A stretch of DNA of 64,000 nucleotides from positions 229,449 to 293,448 of the forward strand of contig MFDN01000001.1 in the NCBI GenBank assembly GCA_001776935.1, written 5' to 3'. Each line of letters starts with the position of its first letter. Positions within the stretch are counted from its first letter, which is position 1. Below, piece by piece: positions 9,831-19,965 of this stretch. Below the pieces are notes generated by a model. That model made no database searches. It saw nothing but the letters and a program-made list of their open reading frames with translations, and was not told the origin of the DNA. Source of the stretch: Candidatus Daviesbacteria bacterium RIFCSPLOWO2_01_FULL_39_23 (GTDB taxonomy: Bacteria > Patescibacteriota > Microgenomatia > Daviesbacterales > UBA10151). The translations under genes and the position numbers were made by a program.

Positions 9831-10418
9831 ATGGATTCAAAATTTAAACTGATTGTTGATTCGTTTGGGAAAGAAAGGTTTAAGTTTGATGAGCCTTTAA
9901 AAGGTTACACTGCCTGCTCATTGGGCGGGCCGGCGCGTTTGTTTTTTATAGCTTTTACGCAAACAGAACTTATAAAAATAATAAAAATAGCAAGGCAGCT
10001 TGAGATACCTTATTTTCTGTTTGGAACCGGCACTAAAATTGCGATCTCAGATGCAGGCTTTGAAGGACTGGTGATTAAAAACAGAACCAAAAATATTCAA
10101 ACTCTTTCTGTTAAAGGTAAGGTTACAAAATACGGTATAGGAGTGGATGAAGCTTTAATAGAGGTGGATTCCGGCGTGAGTTTGAATAAGTGGATTGAGT
10201 ATTTGGATTCGCAGGGTCTGGAAAGCGCTAAGTTTGCAGGCATTCCGGGCAGTATCGGCGGCAACATGTTTTTAAATAAATTTTTGCAATCCTCGGTTAA
10301 AAGTATTAAAGTATTAGATTCACGGTCGGAAGCGAAAGTGGTAAATGTTGATATTTTAAGTCCAAAAAGGCATATAATATTATCAGGAGTATTTAGGGTG
10401 AAGGCAAAAATAATATGA
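9831..10418 (+). CDS. murB: MurB-like UDP-N-acetylenolpyruvoylglucosamine reductase, truncated (FAD-binding domain only, 196 aa)
   Basis: LKGYTACSLGGPARLF, FLFGTGTKIAISDAGFEGLVI and AGIPGSIGGNMF match the MurB N-terminal domain. The protein ends about 100 aa short of full length. The ATG at 9831 was chosen over the upstream read-through through repeat B. Confidence 0.5.
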   Translation: MDSKFKLIVDSFGKERFKFDEPLKGYTACSLGGPARLFFIAFTQTELIKIIKIARQLEIPYFLFGTGTKIAISDAGFEGLVIKNRTKNIQTLSVKGKVTKYGIGVDEALIEVDSGVSLNKWIEYLDSQGLESAKFAGIPGSIGGNMFLNKFLQSSVKSIKVLDSRSEAKVVNVDILSPKRHIILSGVFRVKAKII

Positions 10419-11674
10419 AATATATAATCAATGGCGGACATCAGCTTAAGGGGAAAGTCCGTGTATCCGGGAACAAAAACTCCATATTCCCTTGTATGGC
10501 TGCTGCACTTTTGACTTCGGAAGAAGTTATTTTGGAGAATGTGCCTGATTTAAAAGATACGGATGTATTGCTTCAGATTATAAAAAAGCTGGGGGTTATG
10601 GCGGAAAAGGATGATTCCATTGTAAAAATAAAGGCTTCCGAAATCAGCAGATTCAGTTTGCCGGAGGATTTAATGGTTAAACTGAGAGGGTCGATTGTTT
10701 TAGTCGGAGCAGTTCTTGGAAGGTTGGGCAGGGTGAATTTCCACCATCCGGGAGGGGATATTATCGGCAGAAGAAGCATAGAGGTTCACCTTGAGGGTTT
10801 TTTGGAATTGGGCGCATCTTTGAAAAAAAATAATTCCAAATACAGCCTGCAGAATAATTTCGCTCAAACTTCTTCTGATTGCGGCATTTTTTTAAAAGAA
10901 GCTTCGGTGACTGCAACAGAAAATTTAATTTTAGCATCGGTTTTAGGCAAGCGGTCTGTTGTTTTAAGAAACTGCGCCAAAGAACCCCACATTGTTGACC
11001 TGTGCAATATGCTCATTGCCATGGGCGCTCAAATCCTGGGAGTAGGGACAGAAACCATAAAAATAAGAGGGGTGGAAAAATTATACGGAACAAAATTTAA
11101 AATCGGCGCGGATTTTGTGGAAGCAGGCACTTATGCAATAGCAGGAGCCTTAACCGGAGGGGAAATTACAATTGAGGGGATAGACGGCGCATTCATGGAT
11201 CCTGTTTTGGTGCCTCTTCGGAGCTTTGGTGTTAAAGCAGAAGTGATTGATGGTGCTATTTTGGTTTATCCTTCAAGATTAAAATCTATTCCTAAATTGG
11301 TGACAAATCTTTGGCCGGGATTTCCGACAGATTTAATGAGTGTGGCAATAGTTTTGGCAACCCAGTCTAAGGGTGTGATTTTATGTCATGACTGGATGTA
11401 TGAGGGAAGGATGTTTTTCATTGATAAACTTATTTCTATGGGTGCCAAAATAATTTTGGCTGATCCGCACAGGGTGTTGGTGTATGGCCCAAGCAAATTA
11501 AAAGGCAAGAATTTAGAGAGTCCTGATATCAGGGCAGGTATGGCGCTGGTGGTGGCGGCTTTGGTTGCAAAAGGGAAAAGTGTTGTTAATCAGGCGGAAC
11601 TAATTGAGCGGGGATACGAAAACGTTGTTGAGAAATTAAGAAAGCTGGGTGCGGATATTGGAAGAACTGATTAG
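10415..11674 (+). CDS. murA: UDP-N-acetylglucosamine 1-carboxyvinyltransferase MurA
   Basis: 419 aa EPSP-synthase-fold protein with a typical MurA N-terminus (KYIINGGHQLKGKVRVSGNKNS) and a 4-nt overlap with murB. Confidence 0.8.
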   Translation: MKYIINGGHQLKGKVRVSGNKNSIFPCMAAALLTSEEVILENVPDLKDTDVLLQIIKKLGVMAEKDDSIVKIKASEISRFSLPEDLMVKLRGSIVLVGAVLGRLGRVNFHHPGGDIIGRRSIEVHLEGFLELGASLKKNNSKYSLQNNFAQTSSDCGIFLKEASVTATENLILASVLGKRSVVLRNCAKEPHIVDLCNMLIAMGAQILGVGTETIKIRGVEKLYGTKFKIGADFVEAGTYAIAGALTGGEITIEGIDGAFMDPVLVPLRSFGVKAEVIDGAILVYPSRLKSIPKLVTNLWPGFPTDLMSVAIVLATQSKGVILCHDWMYEGRMFFIDKLISMGAKIILADPHRVLVYGPSKLKGKNLESPDIRAGMALVVAALVAKGKSVVNQAELIERGYENVVEKLRKLGADIGRTD

Positions 11675-11676
11675 TT

Positions 11677-12876
11677 ATGGATATTGCGAAACATCCTATT
11701 TGGAACCAGGTTACGCCATATAAGACAAAAATCCCTTCGTTTAAAAAGCCCTTTCATTTGCTTCGCATTTATCTGGCAAGGCAGTATGCAAAACTGTACC
11801 CTCAGGATATGTTCGTTGGGGTAACAGGATCTGTGGGAAAGACAGCGTGTGTTGCAGCCTGTGCCGCAGTTTGTTCTCAAAAATATAAAACGCTTGCAAC
11901 CAAACAGGACCTGGATCCTGTTTTAAATATTCCGGCCACTTTGCTTAAATTAAACCCTTCAACTAAAAAGGTTATCCTGGAGATGGGTGTGGAATATAAG
12001 GGTGAAATGGATTTTTACCTTTCACAAGTCCGGCCGAAGACAGTGGTTGTCACCAGGATTTCGTATGCTCATAGTGAAACTTTGGGAGACATTGACGGGA
12101 TTTTACAGGAGAAAGGAAAACTGGTGGAAAGTTTGGATGAAAACGGGCTTGCGATATTAAACTGGGATGATTTATCAAGCAGAAGGCTTGCCGCTTCCTG
12201 CAGAGGAACTGTGATGTATTACGGAATGGATCCCAAAAACTGTACTGTTTGGGCAGGCAATCCCAAAATAGAAAATTTTACAACTAATTTTGAGTTGAAT
12301 TTGGGAGTTGAAAGAGTGAAAGTAAACTTTAAGCTGTTAGGACTGCACCAGGTTTACCCTGCATTGGCCGCTGCTCTTTTAGGGGTGAGTTTAGGTATTC
12401 CCCTGACAAAAATAAAAAAGGCGCTGGAATCAGTAGAACCTTTAGAGCACCGGATGCAGGCGCTTGCAGGTCCAAACGGATCAATACTTTTGGATGATAC
12501 TTACAATTCATCTCCTGCGGCTATGGATGCGGCTATTGATACTTTACTTGCCGTTCCGTCACGAAGAAAGGTTATTGTATTGGGCGAGATGCGGGAGCTT
12601 GGTCCTTACAGCGAAAAACTGCACAGACAAGTGGCGCAAAGAATTTATCAGGAAAAGTTAGATCTTGTTTTTTTGGGTCAGGGTGAGGCCCAAATTATCG
12701 GGGACGAGTTAAAAAGTTTGGGATTTTGGCAGGAAAGACTCGAGTCTAATTTAACAAATTCCCAAATCGTATCCAAACTTCTGAAAAATCTGGGTAAAGG
12801 CGATGTATGCCTTATTAAGGGTTCAAGAGTTGTCCGATTAGACGAGGTGGTAAAAAGGATTGCAAAAAAATCTTAA
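11677..12876 (+). CDS. murF: UDP-N-acetylmuramoyl-tripeptide--D-alanyl-D-alanine ligase MurF-like
   Basis: GVTGSVGKT P-loop and DDTYNSSP (MurF DAYNANP motif). Located immediately before mraY. Confidence 0.65.
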   Translation: MDIAKHPIWNQVTPYKTKIPSFKKPFHLLRIYLARQYAKLYPQDMFVGVTGSVGKTACVAACAAVCSQKYKTLATKQDLDPVLNIPATLLKLNPSTKKVILEMGVEYKGEMDFYLSQVRPKTVVVTRISYAHSETLGDIDGILQEKGKLVESLDENGLAILNWDDLSSRRLAASCRGTVMYYGMDPKNCTVWAGNPKIENFTTNFELNLGVERVKVNFKLLGLHQVYPALAAALLGVSLGIPLTKIKKALESVEPLEHRMQALAGPNGSILLDDTYNSSPAAMDAAIDTLLAVPSRRKVIVLGEMRELGPYSEKLHRQVAQRIYQEKLDLVFLGQGEAQIIGDELKSLGFWQERLESNLTNSQIVSKLLKNLGKGDVCLIKGSRVVRLDEVVKRIAKKS

Positions 12877-12879
12877 CTT

Positions 12880-13890
12880 ATGGTTTTATTACTGGGACTT
12901 TTGCTTTTATCTTTTATAGTGACTTCTTTTTTTATGGTGCCTTTTATTGATTTGCTTTTTTATCTTAAAAGGCGCTTTGAGAAAAACCGAACTGAAAATG
13001 AAAAAAAGTCAGAGACGCCGATACATGATCAGCTTATGAAAGGGGATATTGGTACTCCCTCCGGGGCGGGTATCCTTTTGATTTTAATTTTAATAGTTTT
13101 AAGTTTGGGGTATGCATTTTTTAGTTCCTCAGTAGACAGGGTCAGTTTAGTGATTTTACTTTTTACTCTTGTATCTTTTGGATCCTTGGGGTTAGTTGAT
13201 GATATTAAATTCATAATTACAAGGAGAAAAGGTAAAATCCTGGGACTGGGCAGAAGAAAAATATTATTGATACAAGCGCTTTTTGCTATTGCAATTTCTT
13301 CAATGCTTTATTTTATGGGAGGGCTAAATAATTTTTATATTTTAGGGCTTGGTAACTTTATAATTCAAATGTGGTATATCCCGCTTGCTGCTTTTGTTAT
13401 TATTGCTTTTGCAAATGCGTATAATATATCGGACGGTTTAGACGGACTATCGGCAGGACTTTTGCTGATTTGTCTGTTTGCTTTTTTGGCTCTTACAGTG
13501 CAAAGCTTGGATTTGACTCTGGCTTCATTTATCGGCATTTGGATCGGGCTTTTGTTTTCTTTTCTGTATTTTAATGTTTGGCCTGCCAGAATTTTTTTAG
13601 GCGATGCGGGAGCTTTTGCATTCGGGGCAACACTGGCGGTTGTGGGACTTTTGACAGGGAAGATTTTGGCTTTGGCAATAATAGGCGGGATGTTTGTTGT
13701 AATTGTTGCTTCCTCTTTTTTCCAGATTTTGTCTAAAAAAATCCTTAAAAAGAAGATTTGGCCGGTTTCTCCTATTCATATGTATTTTAAATTCCTGGGG
13801 TGGGAAGAGCCAAAAATAGTCACCAGGTTTTGGCTTGCTCAGGGGATATTTGCTATTTTGGGTTTGTGGATAGCCATGCTTTCAAGATAA
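12880..13890 (+). CDS. mraY: phospho-N-acetylmuramoyl-pentapeptide transferase MraY
   Basis: NAYNISDGLDGLSAG motif and a multi-helix transmembrane profile. Confidence 0.85.
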   Translation: MVLLLGLLLLSFIVTSFFMVPFIDLLFYLKRRFEKNRTENEKKSETPIHDQLMKGDIGTPSGAGILLILILIVLSLGYAFFSSSVDRVSLVILLFTLVSFGSLGLVDDIKFIITRRKGKILGLGRRKILLIQALFAIAISSMLYFMGGLNNFYILGLGNFIIQMWYIPLAAFVIIAFANAYNISDGLDGLSAGLLLICLFAFLALTVQSLDLTLASFIGIWIGLLFSFLYFNVWPARIFLGDAGAFAFGATLAVVGLLTGKILALAIIGGMFVVIVASSFFQILSKKILKKKIWPVSPIHMYFKFLGWEEPKIVTRFWLAQGIFAILGLWIAMLSR

Positions 13891-13891
13891 T

Positions 13892-14989
13892 ATGGGTTTC
13901 GTAAAAGCCAGCTTGCAGTCTCAACAGAAAAAGAATGATTATTTGCTTCTTTTAACAGTAGTTGTTCTGGTTATTTTTGGTTTAATGATGGTTTATGATG
14001 CTTCTGCTATTTCCGGCCTTAAGGATTTTAAAGACAGCGGATATTATATCAGGCAGCAATTAATTTGGGTGGCGATCGGGATAAGCTCCATGATTTTTTT
14101 TGCCAATTTTCACTACAAAAGATTAAAGCCTCTTTCTGTGCCGGTTTTTTTCATTTCTGTGGTTTTGCTTTTTGCGGTTTTGATTCCCGGACTTGGAGTA
14201 TCGGGCGGCGGAGCCCACCGCTGGTTAAAGTTTGGAAAAATTGTAGTGCAGCCTGCAGAAATAATTAAATTAACAGCAGTGCTTTATTTAGCCAGGCTTT
14301 TTGAAAAAAAGGTGAGACTTGCTCCGTTTTTGATGGTTGTTATTGGAGTAGGTTTGGTGATGGCTGTTTTCCAAAGAGATTTAGGGTCGTCGGCTGTGTT
14401 TGTGGCAACTGTGGCTGCTATATATTTTGCAGCCGGCGGATCAATCTGGCACTTCATTATTGCACTTCCTGCAGGAGTGATCGCTCTGTGGTTATTAATA
14501 TCAACCTCTGCATATAGAAGCAAAAGAATCCTTGCTTTTTTGGACCCATTTTCCGATCCCCAGGGTTTTACTTACCATATTTCGCAGGTTCTGATAGCTT
14601 TAGGTTCAGGGGGATTACTGGGTTTGGGTTTGGGGCAGTCAAGGCAGAAATTTGAATATATTCCCGAAGTCTCAACAGATTCTATTTTTGGCATCATCGG
14701 AGAAGAACTGGGTTTTTTGGGCAGCAGCTTATTGCTGGTGTTTTTTGCTGTATTAATAATCAGAGGTTTAAAAATTGCGCAGAATTGTCCCGATAATTTT
14801 GGCAGGATTTTGGCTTTAGGTTTGACGTCATGGCTGGGGGTGCAGATTATTATAAATCTTTCATCCATGACTGCGCTTTTACCCCTGACAGGGGTTCCCC
14901 TTCCGTTTATTTCCTATGGAGGTTCGGCTTTGGTTGCAAACTTAACAGCCGTCGGGATTCTTCTTAATATCTCGAGACAGAATACATAA
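13892..14989 (+). CDS. ftsW: SEDS-family peptidoglycan glycosyltransferase FtsW
   Basis: FtsW/RodA fold with PLPFISYGGS at the C-terminus. Located in the dcw cluster. Confidence 0.8.
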   Translation: MGFVKASLQSQQKKNDYLLLLTVVVLVIFGLMMVYDASAISGLKDFKDSGYYIRQQLIWVAIGISSMIFFANFHYKRLKPLSVPVFFISVVLLFAVLIPGLGVSGGGAHRWLKFGKIVVQPAEIIKLTAVLYLARLFEKKVRLAPFLMVVIGVGLVMAVFQRDLGSSAVFVATVAAIYFAAGGSIWHFIIALPAGVIALWLLISTSAYRSKRILAFLDPFSDPQGFTYHISQVLIALGSGGLLGLGLGQSRQKFEYIPEVSTDSIFGIIGEELGFLGSSLLLVFFAVLIIRGLKIAQNCPDNFGRILALGLTSWLGVQIIINLSSMTALLPLTGVPLPFISYGGSALVANLTAVGILLNISRQNT

Positions 14990-14990
14990 C

Positions 14991-15884
14991 ATGAATAAAA
15001 TATCTTGGTCAAATTCAATTTGGTTTTTTGATATTGATGATACTCTTATTGATACGGTAAGTACAACAATACCTGCTTCAGAAGAAATTAGGAAAGTATT
15101 TTTAGCAAAATATACTCCAGAGCAAGCAATGCAAGTTAAAAATAATTTTAATAATATTTTTCATTTGATGATGGCTGGATACAGAGTAAAAAATGCAGAT
15201 GAATGGCAGTTAGTGCCGGGTGGAAAAAAAGCTTTTGATAAAATTTTAGAGGATATTGAGAACCATCAGATTAGGGTAAAAGAAAAATATGGAACAATTA
15301 AAAAATGGAGCAGAGAAGTTTTTGTGAAACTTGCAGCTGATAAAGCAAATTTGAGTGTAACCCCTGAAATAGTGAATAAAGCTGCAGATGCGTATTGGTT
15401 AATTTTAACGGAACAAACTGTAGTTTATCCTCATGTTCTTGAATTGATGCAAATAATTAAAGGATATAGCAGGCCAATATATTTGCTGACGAGTAGTGAT
15501 GGACGGTTACGAATGGACGAGAAAGGACAATTTGATTATGACCCGCAGTATTCAGAAGCATTTAAAAAAAACAGAATTGAATTATTAAGGGAAAAAGGAA
15601 TTATTTTTAATGCTTTATCAATTGGTGATCCTGAAGATAAACCGAATTTGAATTTTTTTCAAAAAGGATTAAAAATAGCCGAACAGGAATTAGGTTGTCC
15701 GATTAACACGGAGCATGCCATTATGATTGGTGATTCTTTTGAGGGAGATCTCCAAGTGCCTAAAGAACGAATGGGTTTTGGATTAGTTGTACTTTTTCAG
15801 AAAGACAAAATTAAATTAAAAATCATTGATGACCATCAGATAATTACAGGGAATTTAATGGAAGTAACAAGGCTTTTGAATTAA
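14991..15884 (+). CDS. HAD-superfamily hydrolase
   Basis: FFDIDDTLIDT carries the DxDxT motif I. It overlaps the convergent transposase gene by 4 nt. Confidence 0.5.
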   Translation: MNKISWSNSIWFFDIDDTLIDTVSTTIPASEEIRKVFLAKYTPEQAMQVKNNFNNIFHLMMAGYRVKNADEWQLVPGGKKAFDKILEDIENHQIRVKEKYGTIKKWSREVFVKLAADKANLSVTPEIVNKAADAYWLILTEQTVVYPHVLELMQIIKGYSRPIYLLTSSDGRLRMDEKGQFDYDPQYSEAFKKNRIELLREKGIIFNALSIGDPEDKPNLNFFQKGLKIAEQELGCPINTEHAIMIGDSFEGDLQVPKERMGFGLVVLFQKDKIKLKIIDDHQIITGNLMEVTRLLN

Positions 15885-16594
15885 AAATTTTCTTCTAATA
15901 TTTTGTTTTGTATAATAGAAAAATCATCTTTTTCCCCTACAAATGCTTTGTATGAAAGTTTAGGATTAGTTCTTGAAAAATAGGTTAAAACTTCTTCAGG
16001 ATGTACCCACTCTGTTTTTCTTTTTCCAAGATATTCAGGATAAGAAGAGGGTTGTTCATCAACCTGTAAGGTCTCTCCTTTAGGGTGTATCCTTTTTGAA
16101 GTACTATGAATTAGTGCTTGTTTATGAATATATTTAGATAGGTATATAAATTGCGTCTCGCTCGCTATAGAAACTGCCTTATATGTGTCCTGGTACAAAG
16201 ATCCTACTCTTTTGTGTTTTCGATTAAAGTACATAGAATATCTAGTGCCTAATGAGTGCATAAATTTATCCATCGAAATTGCACTGTTCTGTTTGATAAA
16301 AAAATGGAAATGATTTGGCATTAAGCAATAAGCAAGTAAAGTAACTTCACCAAAAAAGTTATTTAGCCGCAGAAGCTTTAATGTGTTGTCCTTCTCTTTA
16401 AAGGAGATGCTCGGATCGGATAGTTTTTCAAAAAGAATTGTTTCGTTCTTGGGTAATAAATAATTTTTTAAATAAGATAGGAAAACAGCGTAATCCTGTT
16501 CGTCAAGAAATATTAGCCTTTTTTCGACTCCACGATTATAAATGTGATAATAACTATTATTAATATACTGCTTAATTCTATTCTTAGAGGGCAC
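15881..16594 (-). CDS. IS200/IS605-family Y1 (HUH) transposase, RAYT-like
   Basis: LMPNHFHFFI is an HUH motif and LSKYIHKQA holds the candidate catalytic Tyr. A flanking perfect hairpin is present. Confidence 0.55.
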   Translation of the reverse strand: MPSKNRIKQYINNSYYHIYNRGVEKRLIFLDEQDYAVFLSYLKNYLLPKNETILFEKLSDPSISFKEKDNTLKLLRLNNFFGEVTLLAYCLMPNHFHFFIKQNSAISMDKFMHSLGTRYSMYFNRKHKRVGSLYQDTYKAVSIASETQFIYLSKYIHKQALIHSTSKRIHPKGETLQVDEQPSSYPEYLGKRKTEWVHPEEVLTYFSRTNPKLSYKAFVGEKDDFSIIQNKILEENF

Positions 16595-16629
16595 AATCTT
16601 ATATTATCCTGGATTGTGAAATACATCAA

Positions 16630-16652
16630 GGTCTATCCCTTAGGGATAGACC
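16630..16652. repeat. perfect hairpin GGTCTATCCC-TTA-GGGATAGACC (REP/IS200 subterminal-like)
   Basis: The arms are exact reverse complements. It lies 36 nt upstream of the tnpA start. Confidence 0.6.
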
Positions 16653-16712
16653 TTAAAGGATACACCTTATGGACTTGAACAGGTGAGCGGTAATGACGTA
16701 TGATTACAGGTA

Positions 16713-17801
16713 ATGAAAGTTTTAATCACAGGCGCGCATTTTACGCCGGCTGTTGCAGTTATTGAGCAGTTAAAAAAAGTAAGCGGCTTGGAAGTTGTAT
16801 ATGTCGGCAGGAAAACAACTTTTGAAGGAGATAAGGCAAAATCTGCAGAATCAGCAATACTTCCTTCTTTAGGCGTAAAATTTATCCCCATAATTACAGG
16901 GAGACTTCAAAGGACTTTCACCCTTTATACGATCCCTTCTCTTTTTAAGATCCCGATTGGATTTTTGCAGTCAATTTTTATTCTTTTGTCGCAGAAGCCG
17001 GATGTGATTTTATCGTTTGGAGGATATGTATCCGTGCCGGTTGTCATTACGGGCTGGCTTTTTTCAGTGCCGGTTATTATTCATGAACAAACATTATTTG
17101 CAGGCCTGGCAAATAGAATATGTTCATATTTTGCGGATAAAATTGCGGTTTCTTTTAAAGACGGTGAATTTAAGGGGGAAAAAGTTGTGTTAACCGGCAA
17201 TCCGATAAGGCGCGATATTTACGAACTCTCAAAAAAGGCAGCGCAGGCAGTTTTTAGGGAGAAAAAAATGCCGGCTGTTTTAATAATAGGCGGAAATCAG
17301 GGATCGCATGCAATTAATACTGCAGTAGAGAAAATTCTGGATAAGCTTACTAAGATAGCCAAAGTCTATCATCAGACAGGCGATTCCAAATATGGGGATT
17401 TTGAAAGATTAAACAATTTTTCAGGGGAAAACTACAAGGTGTTTAAGTTTATCGGAAACCAGTGGACAAAAATTCTTGAGGAGTGCGACCTGGTTGTATC
17501 GCGGGCGGGAATTAACAGCTTAACAGAGCTTGCGTTTTTGGGAAAACCTGTGCTTTTGATTCCCATTGGAAATTCAGAGCAGAAGAAAAATGCCCAATAT
17601 TTCTCCGGTATCGGGCTTGCCAAAATTCTGCCTGAATCAAAATTAACCGGAGAAACATTGTTGGAACAAGTAAAATTGATGCTGAGTGACCTAAAAACAT
17701 CATCCCAAAAAGCACAGAAAGCTAAGGAGCTGATCATTCCTGATGGCGCCAAAAGACTTACGCTTGAAACTTTGCTGCTTGTGAATAGTCCTAAAAATTG
17801 A
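16713..17801 (+). CDS. murG: undecaprenyldiphospho-muramoylpentapeptide beta-N-acetylglucosaminyltransferase MurG
   Basis: GT28 fold with VLITGAHFTPAVAV at the N-terminus and a G-loop in the C-terminal domain. Confidence 0.8.
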   Translation: MKVLITGAHFTPAVAVIEQLKKVSGLEVVYVGRKTTFEGDKAKSAESAILPSLGVKFIPIITGRLQRTFTLYTIPSLFKIPIGFLQSIFILLSQKPDVILSFGGYVSVPVVITGWLFSVPVIIHEQTLFAGLANRICSYFADKIAVSFKDGEFKGEKVVLTGNPIRRDIYELSKKAAQAVFREKKMPAVLIIGGNQGSHAINTAVEKILDKLTKIAKVYHQTGDSKYGDFERLNNFSGENYKVFKFIGNQWTKILEECDLVVSRAGINSLTELAFLGKPVLLIPIGNSEQKKNAQYFSGIGLAKILPESKLTGETLLEQVKLMLSDLKTSSQKAQKAKELIIPDGAKRLTLETLLLVNSPKN

Positions 17802-18583
17802 ATATGTGGAAGAGAAGAAGGTTTAAACCAAAACAGGTTTTCCAGAGTAAAAAAATTATACTTTTGGCTATTTTTATATTGATCCTGATCTTTGTAGTTT
17901 CTTTTATCAGGGCAAAGTTATTCATTATAAATAAAGTTGATATAGAGTCCGCGCAAGCAGGGTGTGCAGATGAGGAGGAATTTAGAAAATCGTCAAACCT
18001 TTTGGGACAAAGTTTTTTTCTTTTAAATCCTAAAGATGCAGAAAACAGTTTAAAAAGTAAATATTTCTGCGTAAAATCTACCCGGGTGAATAAAAAGTTT
18101 CCTGATACGGTAAAACTGCAAATTGCAGGCAGAACGCCCTTTGCAAAGATACTCATCTTAAAAGATAAAGAGGCCTCTCCTGCTGCCCAAAACCCGGAAG
18201 GATTTTTTATTGTTGATGAGGAAGGCGTGGTTTTTGCAAAAGATGATATTGGCGGGATACCAAATATATATCTTTATGACCCTGGTGTTGCTTTGGGAAA
18301 AAGATTAAATGGGATATATTCAAATCTTTTGGTGATTTTGGGGAAAGTTAAAACGTTTGGGATAAATGTACGAGAGGGCTGGATAACGGATTCCTCTTTT
18401 GTCATTAAAGAGGGAGACGGGACGCCCCGGATAATTTTTGCCTTAGAAGATGAAATTGATATTCAAATTGCATCTTTACAACTGATTCTGGATAAAGCTA
18501 AAATAGATTCAAGCAAGTTAGAGTTTATCGATCTAAGATTTGATAAACCCATTATTAGATTTGTGGAGAAAAGTCCAAAATAA
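17798..18583 (+). CDS. ftsQ: cell division protein FtsQ/DivIB-like
   Basis: N-terminal transmembrane helix and a POTRA-like region. Position murG-ftsQ-ftsA, with a 4-nt overlap with murG. Confidence 0.55.
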   Translation: MNMWKRRRFKPKQVFQSKKIILLAIFILILIFVVSFIRAKLFIINKVDIESAQAGCADEEEFRKSSNLLGQSFFLLNPKDAENSLKSKYFCVKSTRVNKKFPDTVKLQIAGRTPFAKILILKDKEASPAAQNPEGFFIVDEEGVVFAKDDIGGIPNIYLYDPGVALGKRLNGIYSNLLVILGKVKTFGINVREGWITDSSFVIKEGDGTPRIIFALEDEIDIQIASLQLILDKAKIDSSKLEFIDLRFDKPIIRFVEKSPK

Positions 18584-18603
18584 ACGAAGTTCGCAATAAA
18601 TAT

Positions 18604-19902
18604 ATGGCAAAGGACAGAATTGTTTGTGGGATAGATGTCGGCTCATCAAAAATAGCCACTCTTATTGCTTCAGTAGATGAGTCTCCCTCCGGCGGAGGAA
18701 AAATAAATTTAATCGGTGTTTCTTCTACTCCTTCAAAGGGTGTAAAAAAAACACAGGTTGTTGATATTGAAGAAGCAATAGGTGCAATAACAGAATCGGT
18801 TGAAGCGGCTGAAAGAATGGCCGGTTATTCTATTTCCCAGGCATTTATTTCTTTAGGCGGACCGCAGGTGGAAAGCGTGAACCAGCATGCAGTGGTGGCT
18901 GTGTCCGAACCTGATGAGGAAATTAAAGAATCTGATGTGAAAAGGGTCAATGATGCGGCCCGGGCAATTCCGCTGCCGTCTTCACGGGAAATCCTTCATG
19001 TTATTCCCCGTAATTTTACTGTAGACGGACAGGAAGGCATTAAAGATCCGATCGGCATGACCGGTGTTAGGCTTGAGACTCAGACACATATTATCACAGG
19101 CTCCTCCACCTCTATGAGAAATTTAGTTAAATGCGTATCCGAGGTGGGTATAGACGTCTCGGAACTGGTTTTTTCCGGCATAGGATCTTCTGTGGCAGTG
19201 CTTTCTGATACGGAAAAGGAGCTGGGGGTTGTGCTTGTGGATGTTGGGGGGGAGACCACGGATGTGGTGGTGTTTATTGACGGATCTGTGGCATATTCCT
19301 CCGTTATACCCATTGGCGCACGTCATATTACATCGGATATGGCTGTCGGACTGCGTGTCTCGTTGGAATCGGCAGAAAAAATTAAACTATCGCTTGGCAG
19401 ATTACAAAAAACTCCTGTAATGCCTGCAGATGATACAGGTAAAACTGTGCGCAAAAAGGAAGAAGAATCAATCGATATTAAGGCACTGGGGATTACGGAA
19501 GATGTGCAGAAAATTTCCCGGAAAGCGGTTGTGGATGGGATTATCAGGCCGAGACTGCAGGAGATATTTAAATTTGTCGGCAAGGAATTAAAAAAGAGCG
19601 GCTTTGCAACGCAGGTTCCATCAGGACTTGTGATTTGCGGAGGAGGAGCTTTGACTGTGGGAGTTTTAGAGCAGGCAAAATATGTGCTTGGGTTTCCTGC
19701 AAGGCTGGGCCAGATAGAAGGATTAGGCGGTTTGGTGGAGGAAATAGATTCTCCTGCGTTTGCAGCTGCTGCAGGTTTGATCCTTTATGGGGCGACTCAA
19801 AGTACCGGCAGCCAAATGCATATACCGGTGCTTTCCGGAAATTTGCCTATAAAAGGCATGATACAAAAGGGAATAGATTTAGTGAAATCCTTTCTGCCCT
19901 AG
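18604..19902 (+). CDS. ftsA: cell division protein FtsA
   Basis: Actin-like ATPase motifs (VCGIDVGSSKIATLIAS, VLVDVGGETTDV). Confidence 0.85.
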   Translation: MAKDRIVCGIDVGSSKIATLIASVDESPSGGGKINLIGVSSTPSKGVKKTQVVDIEEAIGAITESVEAAERMAGYSISQAFISLGGPQVESVNQHAVVAVSEPDEEIKESDVKRVNDAARAIPLPSSREILHVIPRNFTVDGQEGIKDPIGMTGVRLETQTHIITGSSTSMRNLVKCVSEVGIDVSELVFSGIGSSVAVLSDTEKELGVVLVDVGGETTDVVVFIDGSVAYSSVIPIGARHITSDMAVGLRVSLESAEKIKLSLGRLQKTPVMPADDTGKTVRKKEEESIDIKALGITEDVQKISRKAVVDGIIRPRLQEIFKFVGKELKKSGFATQVPSGLVICGGGALTVGVLEQAKYVLGFPARLGQIEGLGGLVEEIDSPAFAAAAGLILYGATQSTGSQMHIPVLSGNLPIKGMIQKGIDLVKSFLP

Positions 19903-19965
19903 AGAGGACTTGATATTGCTATTGTAAATCTGTTATATTCTGCCCGAAGATAGGTATCTGTAAAT

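Larger units (their letters stand above)
15881..16652 (-). mobile_element. IS200/IS605-like insertion (tnpA plus subterminal hairpin) inside the dcw cluster
   Basis: Y1 transposase gene plus a 10-bp-stem hairpin at 16630-16652, inserted between ftsW/HAD and murG. Confidence 0.45.
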
